The translations under genes were made by a program, and so were the position numbers. The notes under the pieces are model-generated. The model worked only from the letters and a program-made list of their open reading frames with translations, was not told the DNA's origin and ran no database searches. A DNA stretch of 64,000 nt from Octopus sinensis (lineage: Eukaryota): contig NC_043000.1 in the NCBI RefSeq assembly GCF_006345805.1, positions 15,314,001-15,378,000 of the forward strand, in the 5' to 3' direction. Shown here piece after piece: positions 49,637-62,738 of this stretch (position 1 is its first letter; each line of letters opens with the position of its first letter).

Positions 49637-51215
49637 CTTTAAGCTCATGGGCCCATGTTCTCAAGGCTCCACGTTTCCTCATTGGTCTGATCGTTTTCCA
49701 CTAGACTGAAATTGTGACTAAACCTTTAATGTGATATCAAGAAATAAACTTTTGCATCAATTTGAAATGACTGGTGGCTGGACACCTTGCTAGAGTAAGA
49801 AGCAAGAATATAACTAAAAAATGGGGTATAATATGTTTAACTCTTTCATAACCATATTTCTAGTAAAATACACTGTGTATTTCTATGAATTTGAAAAGAA
49901 TCAAGAATTTGGTTGTATATAGTAAAATAACTTTTTCATTTATATCTATTTTAATCTGGTGTTTGGAACATAAAAGGTTCTTCTGTAAAATTATGAAGAA
50001 TACTTCTGTAAAATTATGAAGAATACTTTAAGATAAAGAGTTTTGTATTAAGATAAAAACAGCCCGGAAGAATGTCTCAAATAGTTGGTAGCAGAAGAGT
50101 TAAAAGGATCAATTAAAATATTAAGCTCATAAGAAATAGTTTATCTGGCATTTTGTAATCAGATATACATTTAAGGTTTCCTTTCTTCATCATCAAAATC
50201 TATTTTCAAGTAAGTTTTCTTATTTTTGATGATCTCTCCAAAAGGGTTTGCACTCAAAAGATGTAAGCCTTTCTCTGAAGCATTGCAATTAATAAAGTAA
50301 ACCAGATGAGTTTCAAACTTAATTCTTTAAAATAATGTTTAACCCTATAACACTTGTCAACAATTCTTGATGTTTCACATTTGAATTATATAAAGAAAAC
50401 GACAAAATTGAAAATTTGGATAAGCTCCAAGGATCTTTTACATTGGAACAACAATATTGCATACAAACAGTTATTTTGTCTGGCAATTGTTGTAACTTTT
50501 ACAATCATGCCTTTAGACCTACTAATTATTTTTTCCTGATAACAGATAAAGCAAATTATAGAGTTAATAGTTTCCTTCAAAATGTAGCAAAAAGTGAATA
50601 GTTTGAAATTATATTCAAAACTATGAATTTTTGCCAATTACATTTTTCATGCATCTTTTTATTCTTAGCTTACCCAATTAACATCTATTTATTAACCAAT
50701 AAATTGAATTAATAGCATTCTATTATATTTTTCAAAGCTGTTGAGGTTAACTAAAAACTACAGTTATTACTTGGAATCAAATATGAATTGGTATCATGTA
50801 CCATGCTTTCACCGATTGTAATCGTATTCAGACATAGAATACACACCTACTCATTCCTCATACACTTGACTAATGGAACATCCAGGATGTGACAGATGGA
50901 GTGAGAGCAGCACCAGCTGATATTCATTTCGACTGAGTAAAGTGGAGAAATAGGAGATGAATACCGTGATGAAAGAGATATATGTACCATATGATGCAAG
51001 AATCCACAACCATGTTTTTGAGTCCAACACTTCAAACACTAGCTTATCGTCTTTGGGTTGGCCTTTTGAAATCAAATATAATTATGTGGCAGGTAAGTCT
51101 TCCTTCATTTCAATCTTTATTCCTTTTAGCTTTTCACGAATCTTTAAAACGGTTTTATATTTTATTCTACATATGCTATTAATTAGTTTTTGCCAATATA
51201 AGCCATCCCACTAGG

Positions 51216-51350
51216 ATGACTAGTCCTTGTTGTGGTGAAGTGGCTTGTGTCAATGACCTGGAGAGCTATGCCAGTAAAGTGCAAGCATCTTGTAGGCCTC
51301 CCATGTTGGACAGGTCAAAGGAGAGGCCAGACTAAGATGGACCACCTCTT
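51216..51350 (+). mobile_element. Possible RTE/BovB-like 5' UTR remnant
   Basis: ccttgttgtggtgaagtggcttg..caatga..gagctatgcc..ggacaggtca..ccagactaag resembles RTE 5' leaders as recalled; not aligned. Confidence 0.35.
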
Positions 51351-51802
51351 GCCAGAGGCAAAAATGATTTTGGATAGGGACAAGAATGCAAAGTTACAGA
51401 TGTATTAATAAAAATTCGAAACTAATAGCATTAGGGAGAGGAAAACCTTCCCCCAGGAAAACATATAACATGGTGTAGCAAAATCCAAAAAGCTGCAAGG
51501 TCAAAAAAAGCAGGAACCCCATGGAGAGAAGCAGAAAAAACCCAGAGTTGAGAACACTGGAGCAAAGTTGTCAATGGTCTGTGCACCATTAAGGGTAGTA
51601 AAAAGTAGCTTAAGTATAAAAACACAGGCCATCACTTATTTCTATCAAGTTCCTATATTTTCAATAGTGTAGAATGCTCATCCAATAATCCATTCACAAT
51701 TTTTAAAATTTCAATTAGATCCTTTAAAATTTTCATCACAAATGTCACTAAATCAACTGAGTTCTATCCTCATAAATGAAATTACAGGTGGTTGACTTAT
51801 CA

Positions 51803-52090
51803 CTGTGGAGGTGCAATGGCCCAGTGGTTAGGGCAGCAGACTCGCGGTTTTGATTCCCAGACCAGGCGTTGTGTTTGTTTATTGAGCAAAAACACCTAAA
51901 AAGCTCCATGAGGCTCCAGCAGAGGGTGGTGGTAACCCCTGTTGTACTCTTTTACCACAACTTTCTCTTCCTGTTTTTTGAGTAACACTGTGATGGATTG
52001 GCGTCCCGTCCAGCTGGGGGGAACACATACACCACAGAAACCAGGAAAACAGGCCCATTAGCCTGGCTAGGCTTGAAAAGGGCGACGTTT
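51803..52090 (+). mobile_element. Fourth tRNA-derived SINE family (V-SINE-like central motif)
   Basis: Head caatggcccagtggttagggc...ttgattccc; gatggattggcgtcccgtccagc; tail ggcccattagcctggctaggcttgaaaagg. A minus-strand tail copy lies at about 15553-15660. Confidence 0.6.
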
Positions 52091-52681
52091 ATCGTGACTT
52101 ATCACTGGCACTGTTTATTTGACTCTGTAAAAAGACAACCAAATAAACTGTAAAATGGTGCCACCAGAACAGCTCAGTGCTGAAAGTAATAATGGTATTT
52201 TTTAACCAACAAATATTTTGTTAGCAAATGCTTATTAAAATTTTTTCCAAGAGCTAACGGAAAAGGATAGTATTATCAAAAGCTTTTTAAAAACAACTGA
52301 TGATTTCCATAGAAATCAGGAAATCAATTACTATACTTTTAGACAGAATTTTCTGATAAACTGCAGAGATTACTGTTTGGCATATTTCATTGTTATTTTT
52401 ATCATACATTTTTTTAAAAAATATTTGAAGAAAAATGAAATATTCCAACTTCATCATCATTGTACCATTGAGATTTTACTCAGGTTAGATTATGGCAGAA
52501 AAAAAAACAAAAGGTGAGGAGAAGAAATCCCATCTCACAGGAAAGTTAAAAATTTAAAACCATTTTTCAAAGTGATATGACAACTATTTCCTCATCACAA
52601 CAAGTCATTAAGAAGTTTTACAAATTAGTAAATCTAAAGGAGAAACAGCAAACATTGAGAATAAATAGAAGATATACTTAC

Positions 52682-52721
52682 AGTTGGAGCAAAGCTCCAT
52701 TGGCAGTGAGTTTTCATTACC
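52682..52721 (-). CDS. PPP3R1: Calcineurin B regulatory subunit, coding exon 2 (40 bp; GNENSLPMELCSN plus first base of Phe); contains the N-myristoylation Gly2
   Basis: Minus strand reads tctttttag|GGT AAT GAA AAC TCA CTG CCA ATG GAG CTT TGC TCC AAC T|gtaagt. Matches the invertebrate CnB N-terminus MGNENSLPMELCSNF, and its phase-1 end joins the TT of the next exon to give TTT (Phe). Too short for the ORF track. Confidence 0.95.
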
Positions 52722-52819
52722 CTAAAAAGAGACAGCGAAAATTGATCAGATATTTGAAAGCGAGAAAAAACAAAAAAATATTGGAATATAACTTTCAGTC
52801 AGTCTCACTCTCTTTCTCT

Positions 52820-53223
52820 CTTTTACTCGTTTCAGTCATTTGACTGCAGCCATGCTGGAGCACCGCCTTTAATCGAGCAAATCGACCCCAGGACTTATCC
52901 TTTGTAAGCCCAGTACTTATTCTATCGGTCTCTTTTGCTGAACCGCTAAGTGACGGGGACGTAAACACACCAGCATCGCTTGTCAAGCAATGCCAGGGGG
53001 ACAAACACAGACACACAAACACGTACACGCATATATATATATATATATATACATATATATGACAGGCTTCTTTCAGTTTCCGTCTACCAAATCCACTCAC
53101 AAGGCATTGGTCGGCCCGGGGCTATAGCAGAAGACACTTGCCCAAGATGCCATGCAGTGGGACTTAACCCGGAACCATGTGGTCGGTTAGCAAGCTACTT
53201 ACCACACAGCCACTCCTGCGCCT
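52820..53223 (-). mobile_element. Family A SINE about 100 bp upstream of the exon 2 acceptor
   Basis: Full-length match. Further partial family A copies lie at about 4110-4195, 14150-14290, 15795-16080, 45990-46320 and 59225-59345. Confidence 0.85.
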
Positions 53224-53723
53224 ATAAAGATTTTCTGTTATTTTGTTCCGTAATCTTTTCATATTCAGATTGCTCAGTCAAGTGTAATGCTTATTTATTC
53301 ACATTGTTTTGAATTAACCACGTATTATCTTGTCGCTTCTGTATTTCGATGATGTGATTGTTTACTTTTAGAATGACATTGCAGAGTAGGTGTGAGAGGC
53401 CAGATGTGGTCAGTTTAAACACAAAAAACAGGTAGATTATTTGGGCTGGATATGACTGGTTGGAATGCTTGGATATTTCCAACAGGCCATATGACCTCAT
53501 AAAAGGTTCTGCTAGGGTTGATCATATAAATACAGGTAACAATTATTAAGTGATTGAATAAATTTACATTCTTGTTCCAAATTACTAACATTTTGCCTTC
53601 CACATCTTTTTTTTCAATCATTAAAAAAGATTGAAAAGTGCCAGATAATTCAGACTTCGTTACTATTTTAACACTACTAATTTACCAATATAAGAATATA
53701 ACACTATAATAATTCTCTGAACA

Positions 53724-53970
53724 GTAGCTTGTAGCCCCAGGAGAACATCTTCTCCAGCTGGCTATCGACACACTTTCTGTGCCCTATCAGTATTTGCAAA
53801 AGGAAGCCATCCTTCCCATCTCCATCCTGACGTGATATGCAGAAACCCGGGTCCGTGTGTATCATGTCAGGTTGACAATGGGAAAGATGGCTTCCCTTTG
53901 CAAATACTGATAGGGCACAGAAAGTGTGTCAATAGCCAGCTGGAGAAGTTCTCCTTGGGCTACAAGCTAC
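53724..53970. repeat. Fold-back element with about 112-bp arms
   Basis: gtagcttgtagcccc...ctgacgtgata / tatcatgtcagg...gggctacaagctac; a related single arm lies at about 54690-54760. Confidence 0.9.
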
Positions 53971-55092
53971 AGTAGCATCCACCCTTAGTGGTTAGCCACA
54001 TTTAAGTGGCAAATATACTTCACAATATAACACTAATTTTCTTCTAAATCATTTTATATCTATATTTCTAATGTAAGGTTTAGATGGGTCTGCAAATATA
54101 AACACCTGTCTGCTGTCTTTATTTGGAAACAACTGGATGCTTATCCTAAGCCCTACCAAATCTAGTGTGAGAAGGGGGTTAATAGCCATTTTCTAGCTAG
54201 GTTGAAACCAGCACAGTAAAGACACACTACAATGTCCAGTTTACAATTTTGAGCTGGAATCTTGAGTCTCATATCAATCAATCACAAAGCTTCTTCCATT
54301 GTTATTTCATATCCAAATAGCTGTGAACATTGTTGTATGGCTGAATGCTCTTGATAAACAGGTACCTCAACATGTTTTCAGTTTCCAATTGTAATTGTTA
54401 CAATGATAATACTTTGAGGTCATGGCTTCCAAAATCTGAATTTTAAGCCTGTATAAAAAAAAAATCGTTATTTTGGCATGCATTCAGAGAATAGCAGCTG
54501 GAAATATCATACATTATGGGACACTAATTATTTTTAGTAAAAAAATAAAACTATAGGATCATATTTTGGGCAACTTTGACTAATTAGAGAATTACTATTT
54601 GTAAATCTCACAACGAGAGAGATTCAGCAACAGTACTTTGGAGTAAAGATTATTTGCCAACATAACATGGCAGTCCTGGCTTAGGATGAATGTTGCTGTA
54701 ACTTAGCCCCAGGAGACATCGTCTCCAGCTGGCTATACGACACGATCTGTGTCCTTATATTTTGACTTATATTTTCAGAGATTATAATCTTCACCTTATC
54801 AAATGATTTCTCACAGAGGAACAAGACCATGAAAGTTAGTGGAATGGTGTAGTCAAGTGAATTAAATTCCGTATGTAACAATTGATGTCATTCTTAGAAA
54901 AATGATAAGAGAAGGCAACTTTTATAGAATTTGAATTTGGAATATAAATGAACCTAGCTATATTCAGCAACAGATTTTGTGCAATCACCACACTTAACTT
55001 AAATAATAAAATAAACAGCACCAACAAAAATCTAATGAACAAAATAAAACTTCATTTCCTTTATAACCTTTAATTACTTCAATGAAACAATA

Positions 55093-55298
55093 TACAACAG
55101 GGTGCTGAAAAATTCCTGGCTCTGAGTAAACGAAAATACTGGAGTATCAGTTAATTATGATTTTATTCAAAATATTCTCCCTCTCAGATTCACACTATTC
55201 AGTTTTTCTAAACCCTGTAAAAGAACTTGAAACGTTGGGCCTCCAACAAAGCTTTTCGTGATACCCTCAAAGCTAGGAATTTTTCAGGACAGCATGTA
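55093..55298. mobile_element. Mariner-type MITE, older
   Basis: tacaacagggtgctgaaaaattcctggctctgag / ctcaaagctaggaatttttcaggacagcatgta imperfect TIRs. Confidence 0.65.
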
Positions 55299-55964
55299 TG
55301 TATATGCATACATACATATGTAAACACTACTTGATATATGACATGCTAACTACTGAATTCTCTTTCAATCCATATGCTTTTACAATGTACATACTTTCAA
55401 CTTTTCAGATACTGTATAAAATTCATCAACTTCATTTTATAAACATAAGGCTTTTCACTCAGGTGTTTACGTAAAGAACACCTCACTACATACACACTAA
55501 ACCCCAACAAACAAATGCTCACGTGTTATATAAGCACAGTGATAGTGCCCCCATAGATACAAAATATTTATAATCAAATCTTTTAGACAAGCTTTTAAAT
55601 TTTTGTCTGCTAAAGAAAATTTAAATAGAGAAATCTTGAGTGTAAAACAAACAATTAATAGCAAGTATCCCAACAGGTTAGTGAACTAGGCCAGAGAATA
55701 ATACAGGAATAAATTCATTCTTGTTGATACAACAGATGCAACTCGCACAAAAATAAACAAACCACACTCTGTATACTATAAAAACCAAATGCACTCTGGT
55801 TACAGAACAGTTATGTCATCAAAACTTTGTAAAACAGAATGCAACATTATCACAAACATATATTTTGAATATATTACAACACCAGACTGAAATACAAAAT
55901 CATAAACTAATATAATAATAAGCGTAGTGTTTATATATACATATATATATACATATATACATAT

Positions 55965-56008
<44 letters not shown>

Positions 56009-56919
56009 CCAGAATCATGGTGGACGCGGAGGAGGAGAGAAAATAGTAATTCAGTGAAGGAGAAGTAGTGAGAGTAATAGCCCTGACTGAGAGGGAGTGA
56101 GAGAAAGTAATAACAATGAGAGAAAAGGGGTGGTAGATGAATAAGGAAGAAAGGGGTGAAAAAAAACCCAGTGTTTCAAGTGTGTGAGTATATGTGTGTA
56201 TGTGTTTGCGTGTACAAGGGTTGCGTGTGAATATTTGTATGTGTGATTATTATGCACCTTATGTACTACAATTAGCCATCATTACTGACAGCATGTGGTC
56301 AGCTAGTAAACTAATATACTAGAGAATGTACTTCAGTCAACCAATGAACTATGCATAGTTCTCAATGTGAACATGAAAGTGGTTAACTTCATGACTCAGA
56401 CTGTTGCATTGAATAAGCAAATACAACACTTGATTGTTTATTGACCATGCATTTACAAGAGCCATCACAACTCATTATAATAAAGTACATGAAATAAGGT
56501 GGCAAGCTGGCGGAAACGCTAGCACACAGGGCAAAATGCTTAGCAGTATTTCGTCTGTCTTTACATTCTGAGTTCAAATTCCGCCAAGGTTGACTTTGCC
56601 TTTCATCCTTTCGGGGTCAATAAATTAAGTATCAGCTTCATACTGTGATCGATCTAATTGACTGGCCCCCTCCCCAAAAATTTCGGGCCTTGTGCCTAGA
56701 GTAGAAAAGAATAAAGTACATGAAATAAAATTAGATAGAAAAGCATTAGTTGAAAGCACAATAATTTTATACAAAGTATCACAAAAAAACTAGAAGGGAC
56801 CTCTACTAACAGCATTAGATAAATAAAATTCTTAAAAAAACTTAAGAAAAATAAATCCTGAAGTCTACCATACCAGGACTTAACTGTTGTCGAAGTTTTA
56901 AATCTGACACTAACATTAA

Positions 56920-57249
56920 ATCTGACACTAACAAAGTTATCAACCACCTCACCAACAACAACACTGAACACCTTTTTGATCTCCATGTGTCTAACACACG
57001 TGGACATGCCTACAAAGTCAGAAAACAACACAGCTCCCATGACTTTCGGAAACATTTTTTCACACTCAGACTTGCTGAAGCATGGAATAAACTGCCTGCG
57101 TCAGTTGTTGACTGTCATGACACTGCATCCTTTAAGGCCCTCATGCTTTCCGAAATCCGCCGAAACTACACCTGATTATATATAGACTTTAGATGAGTTG
57201 TAGTGCACCTGAGCACTGTACACAATTATTATCATTATTATTATTATTG
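56920..57249 (+). mobile_element. CR1-type LINE 3' end
   Basis: ORF 56987..57175 SNTRGHAYKVRKQHSSHDFRKHFFTLRLAEAWNKLPASVV is the CR1 ORF2 terminal motif; tail gagttgtagtgcacctgagcac plus (ATT)n; same family as 885-1490. Confidence 0.85.
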
Positions 57250-57568
57250 TTACCAGTATCAATACCCATGATTCCTTGAGACTTCTCAAAAAGACCAAAC
57301 TCAAAAGTAGTAACATATACACGTTTCTCTCCCTTTCTCTTTCCTTATATATATATATGCTCAGATTGCAAAATCTGCAATATTTTGCCCACATTATTAG
57401 AGCCCAGAACAGAAATTTGGCCTATGGGTGACAAAGGTGGAACAATGGCAGAATATATGATTGTAGCACAAGACCACAGTGTTTGGTGAGGAGAGGTGGC
57501 TGTGTTTGAAGCCTCTGATCCTCAGATACAGTCACAAGATTGGGCATACACATATATATATATATATA

Positions 57569-57753
57569 GCCATGATAGATTGCTAGCCACTAAACCATTT
57601 TTATTTTCTCTCCCTGTTTATTTCCATGTTCCTTTCTGTCGAAGAGCGTAGGCTCGAAACGTAAAAGACTTTCTCACTTCCTGAGTGTTAAACTAATACA
57701 TCTGTTTGTTGTTTACACACCCGTTTTCGTCTTCTGTTTTTAGTAAATTCTCA
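57569..57753 (+). mobile_element. Family E element with variant hammerhead motif
   Basis: CTTT CTGTCGA A GAGC GTAG GCTC GAAACGTA AAAG at 57632-57667; TA-flanked. Confidence 0.7.
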
Positions 57754-59398
57754 TTATATATATATATATATATATAGTACAAAACCTTGCCACAGCCCTA
57801 TTCTAATAATAGTAATGACCAGTAATGGTAATTATAGAAATAATTTTCAATAGTCATATTAGACCATGGTTTAGCTTTAACAAGAACTGCATGGTTACTG
57901 ACTATTTACCAATACCTCTTTTATGCAGTCAAGATAAGATCTACCTACAGAAAACTACTTGAATCAATTATTATTAGGCATAAACTAAACAAGCTACAGC
58001 TTAATGCCTCTCAGAATTCTTTTTCATTATTATAATTTTATAATTTATATTGAAGTAATAAATATATTTTCTGATGACTATGGGTTTATAAAAGCATTTA
58101 AAATTATCACCATAATTTTTGCATCTATTTTTCCATGTAGGCATAAAATAGATGGGTCTCACACCACCTAATCACATATCATGGCCATCATGTGGTATAC
58201 ATAACAGAAAAACAGGCTATCTCTATGGTTGTATATACAATTATTTTTGGTATGGCTTTTAACTGGATGCCTCTCATACTACCAACTACTTTACAATATG
58301 AGCTGGGTATATTTTATTGCAACACCCATGCTTGAGAAGTTGGCCCCAATAAGATTAAACAATCACCTCTCCCCTGTCTGTCTGTTTCTTATTTCTTCGA
58401 CAGAGTACTTGATTGCCCTTGTTGAAGGTCTAAGGTAAACAGGCAGTCCTAGGAATTTAATGCGTTCATTTAATTCACTGGGAAAAAAATTTTCAATATT
58501 ATTTTCTTATTGATAAAGTTTTGAAACTATAATTAAAGGTATGTTTTAAATTTCCTAAGAAATATCTTCCTCTTTCTTAGCTCTCTTATGTATCTTGGCA
58601 GCATTCTTTCTACGTTTAGTAGTTACACAGCCTTTGTTAAGAATTCACAAGCATTAGGACCTCTACAGAATCCTACAAGTTAAGGCCTCATCTTATCTAA
58701 ATCTGGCCCTTACTATAATACTCAGATCCTGGATGACAAGCAAAATGAATTACTGAAGTACACGTACAATTTTATATGCCCAATCAATTCCTTGGAACAT
58801 AAATTTTTTAATATTCTCATTTAGCATCCAGTTATTCATGCTTTCATGGGTCAGACAATTCATTGAGGTAGATTTTTTTTTATGGCCTGATTGCTCTTCC
58901 TATTACCAGGCAAGGTAATATTTCCCCATAATCAGAGATGGAAGACTGGAAATGAACACCATCACTTGTATGATTGCAATGCTCATTTACAATCATCACA
59001 TAATGTCATGACAAGGGTACACACAAACACATGCATGTACATGTGTGTGCGTGTATGTGCATATGTGGAAATGAACACCGATGTTCCATGTGGCATGTTA
59101 ATAATTATTAAGAGAGATATCTCTTAACATGAAACCAACGGTAACCTTAATCCATAAATAATTTTTATCCACCAATGCAGTGTTGAGCACTCATTCTCCT
59201 TGTTTGATACTAATGTATTATATACATGACAGATCTCTATCAGTTTCTATTTACCAAATCCAGTCACAAGACTTTAGTTGGCCTGGGGCTAGAGTAGAAA
59301 AGACTTGTTCAAGGTGCCATGCAATGAGATTGAAGCCAAGACCACCAACTATAAAAAATAAAAACCTTGCATTGACAGAGGCCACAAATTTGTAAGAA

Positions 59399-59780
59399 AT
59401 CATCATCATCATCATCGTTTAACGTCCGTTCTCCATGCTAGCATGGGTTGGACGGTTCGACCGCGGATCTGGGAAGCCAGAAGGCTGCACCAGGCTCCGG
59501 TCTTATCTGGCAATGTTTCTACAGCTGGATGCCCTTCCTAACGCCAACCACTCCGTGAGTGTAGTGGGTGCTTTTTATGTGCCACCTGCACTGGTGCCAG
59601 GCGAGGCTGGCATCGCCCACGGTCGGATTGGTGCATTTTACGTGCCACCTGCACGGAAGTCAGTCGAGGCGGCGCTGGCAACGGCCACGATTCGGATAGT
59701 GCTTTTTACGTATCTCCAGTCCAGGGGTCCTGGCATCTGCCGGGTGCCAGTCATAGGATTGGTTCAATTTCGATTTCAAT
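59399..59780 (-). mobile_element. Family B copy (young subfamily, nearly identical to 47197-47350)
   Basis: Shared diagnostic ccgttctccatgc...ggatctgggaagccagaagg...tccggtcttatctggcaatg. Confidence 0.85.
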
Positions 59781-60364
59781 CCTACTAAATTACTGGTATT
59801 TATTTTAACAATCATGAGAATGTAAAAGGTAAAGCCATGAAGTTAAATACTGTGAAGCATTTTTCTTAGTCCAGTATTCTGCTAATTCTTCCACTCTACC
59901 ACCCTCTCCATTTCAAAAATACCAACTGAAAGCTGATTGTAAGAGAAAGGATAGCATCTTTCTAGCCAGTATGATGAGGATGTGGCCAACATATATATCA
60001 ATAATGGTAATGGAGTAAAACGCACACATACACACACACACTATAGCATGTTCTACAATAAATCAATATAATTCTTCATAACATGAACAAGAAATTAATT
60101 ATTTAACAAAATGGTTTAGGAGCAAATTTTTCTATTTTCATGTATTGAATGGGTTAGACATTACTATTTATAACTGATACAGCAATCACTACATCCCATA
60201 TCAGCCCTACCTCTCACAACTGCAGTACCACTACTGCCCACAATAACTAAAATAGCACTAAAACCACACACAACAGAAGTACCATGTTGCACACACTACA
60301 CGCATAGACTGTAGACACAAAGCAATAAAAATACTAAAATATAAATATAAAAAAAACTAGGGTC

Positions 60365-61047
60365 AGGCATGGCTGTGTGGTAAGAAGCTAGCTTCCCAAC
60401 CATATGGTTCTGGGTTCAATCCCACTGCATGGCATCTTGGGCAACTGTCTTTTGCTATTGCCTCAGGATAACCAAAGCCTTGTAAGTGGATTTGGTAGAT
60501 GGAAAATGAAAGAAGCCCATCACACACACGCACACACATCTCATCATCATCGTTTAACGTCCACTTTCCATGCTAGCATGGGTTGGATGATTTGACTGAG
60601 GACTGGCGAACCAGATGGCTGCACCAGGCTCCAATCTTGATCTGGCAGAGTTTCTACAGCTGGATGCCCTTCCTAACACCAACCACTCTGACAGTGTAGT
60701 GGGTGCTTTTACGTGCCACTGGCACGAGGGCCAGTCAGGCGGTACTGGCAACGGCCACACTCAAATGGTGTTTTTTACGTGCAACCTGCTCAGGAGCCAG
60801 TCCAGCAGCACTGGCAACGATATATATATATTATACACACACACGTGTTTGTCCCCACCCACCACCACTTGACAACTGGTGTTGGTGTGTTTATGTCCCT
60901 GTAACTTAGCAGTTTGGTAAAAAGAGCAATAGAATAAATACCAGGTTTCACAAAAAAATGTACTGGGGTCAATTCATTCAACTAAAATTTTTCAAGGGGG
61001 TCCCCCAGTATGTCTAATGTCTAATGACTGAAACAAGTAAAAGATGA
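60365..61047 (+). mobile_element. Family A SINE split by a nested minus-strand family B copy (60538-60820)
   Basis: A head 60365-60520 and A tail 60840-61047, with B between them in the CA/TA tract. Confidence 0.8.
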
Positions 61048-61443
61048 AAAAAGGGAGGAGAAAAATTGCTGCAGTAGGAAATCCCAACCTCCATGGTCCT
61101 TGCACATGTAGATGTGTTTCGGTTTATGGAAGGCATTTAACAACACTTCTGAACATTATTAAAATGCTGTCCTAAAAGCAGTACATCTCCTGCTCAGCCT
61201 GGACAAACATAAAAACCAAATACACACATCATCAAAAGCTTCATCATCACTAAGCACTGTGCTGTGATGGACACCACCAGATTCTGTAGACACACAAAAA
61301 TAGACTGGACTGGGAAGAGAGTCGCATACAGAAATAGACTGGACATGTTAAAAACTGCAAGAATGTACTGTATACAATCAAATACTGCATATCAGAATGT
61401 GTAGTAAGATCACCAGCGAGATGGAGGCATTGTATATCTGGAA

Positions 61444-61670
61444 GGTGGCAAGCTGGCAGAAACGTTAGCACACCAGGCAAAATGCATAGCCGTATTTCGT
61501 CTGCCGTTATGTTCCGAGTTCAAATTCCGCCGAGGTCGACTTTGCCTTTCATCCTTTCGGGGTCGATAAATTAAGTACCAGTTACGCACTGGGGTCGATG
61601 TAATCGACTTAATCCATTTGTCTGTCCTCTCTGTGTTTAGCCCCTTGTGGGTAGTAAAGAAATAGGTATT
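61444..61670 (+). mobile_element. Family C tRNA-derived SINE, intact reference copy
   Basis: Head ggcaagctggcagaaacg (A box) ... gagttcaaattcc (B box); core gtcgactttgcctttcatcctttcggggtcgataaattaagtacc; tail gtgggtagtaaagaaataggtatt. Confidence 0.85.
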
Positions 61671-62144
61671 GTATATCTGGAACAATGGATCTGTGGGTTA
61701 CTGGTCTCACCTAATAATTTAGTTGAATACTATCTAGGAGTATCTAGGGTTGTTTGATCAAAGCTGATCTGGGAGCTAAATAACAATCATTGCCTTTATT
61801 CACAAGAGTAGTCTTACTGCTGTATCTTACAGCAGTTAAATCCTGAGCCAACGAAAGATTCTCTACATAGTTGCACGATATACTAGAAAAAACCGCCAAC
61901 TCTTCTTCAAACCACACCCTATTACAGGCATGGGCAACCTTTTTCAAAAAGCAGGCTGCATAAGACATGGCTCATTTGAGGAGCAGCATACTAAAATACT
62001 CCAGGTAATTTTTTTGTTGCGCATGCCATTCAGAAAGTTCCGTAGACCACCAGTTGCCTATGATTGTCTTATCTTAAAGAACACATTGAATAATGTGGTC
62101 CTAGATACACTACAATTGGAAAAGGGAAGAGACAGACAGATAGT

Positions 62145-62738
62145 TATTTCTTTACTACCCACAAGGGGCTAAACACAGAGGGGACAAACAAGGACAGAAA
62201 AACGGATTAAGTCTATTACATTGACCCAAGTGCGTAACTGGTACTTAATTTATCGACCCCGAAAGGATGAAAAGCAAAATCGACCTCGGCGGAATTTGAA
62301 CTCAGAACGTAACCGCAGACGAAATACCTATTTCTTTACTACCCACAAGGGGCTAAACACAGAGGGGACAAACAAGGACAGACAAACGGATTAAGTCGAT
62401 TACATCGACCCCAGTGCGTAACTGGTACTTAATTTATTGATCCCCGAAAGGATGAAAAGCAAAATCGACCTCGGCGGAATTTGAACTCAGAACGTAACCA
62501 CAGACGAAATACCTATTTCTTTACTACCCACAAGGGGCTAAACACAGAGGGGACAGACAAACGGATTAAGTCGATTACATCGACCCCAGTGCGTAACTGG
62601 TACTTAATTTATTGACCCCCGAAAGGATGAAAGGTAAAGTCGACCTCGGCGGAATTTGAACTCAGAACGTAATGCCAGACGAAATACGGCTACGCATTTC
62701 GCCTGGTGTGCTAATGTTTCTGCCAGCTCGCCGCCTTA
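62145..62738 (-). mobile_element. Tandem trimer of family C SINE (one full unit plus two 184-185 bp head-truncated units)
   Basis: Units start at 62145, 62329 and 62514; both junctions read gacgaaatacc|tatttcttt. Confidence 0.9.

Noticed and set aside
49981-50028. Short perfect tandem duplications (23 bp here; 19 bp at about 36252-36290; others at about 15670 and 56900)
   Set aside because: Ordinary slippage or repair scars with no further structure.
56000-56040. CCACCATG on the minus strand as calcineurin B exon 1
   Set aside because: The ATG is followed by ATT rather than a GT donor and runs into a TA repeat. No ATG|GTRAG site was found by eye between 52722 and 64000.
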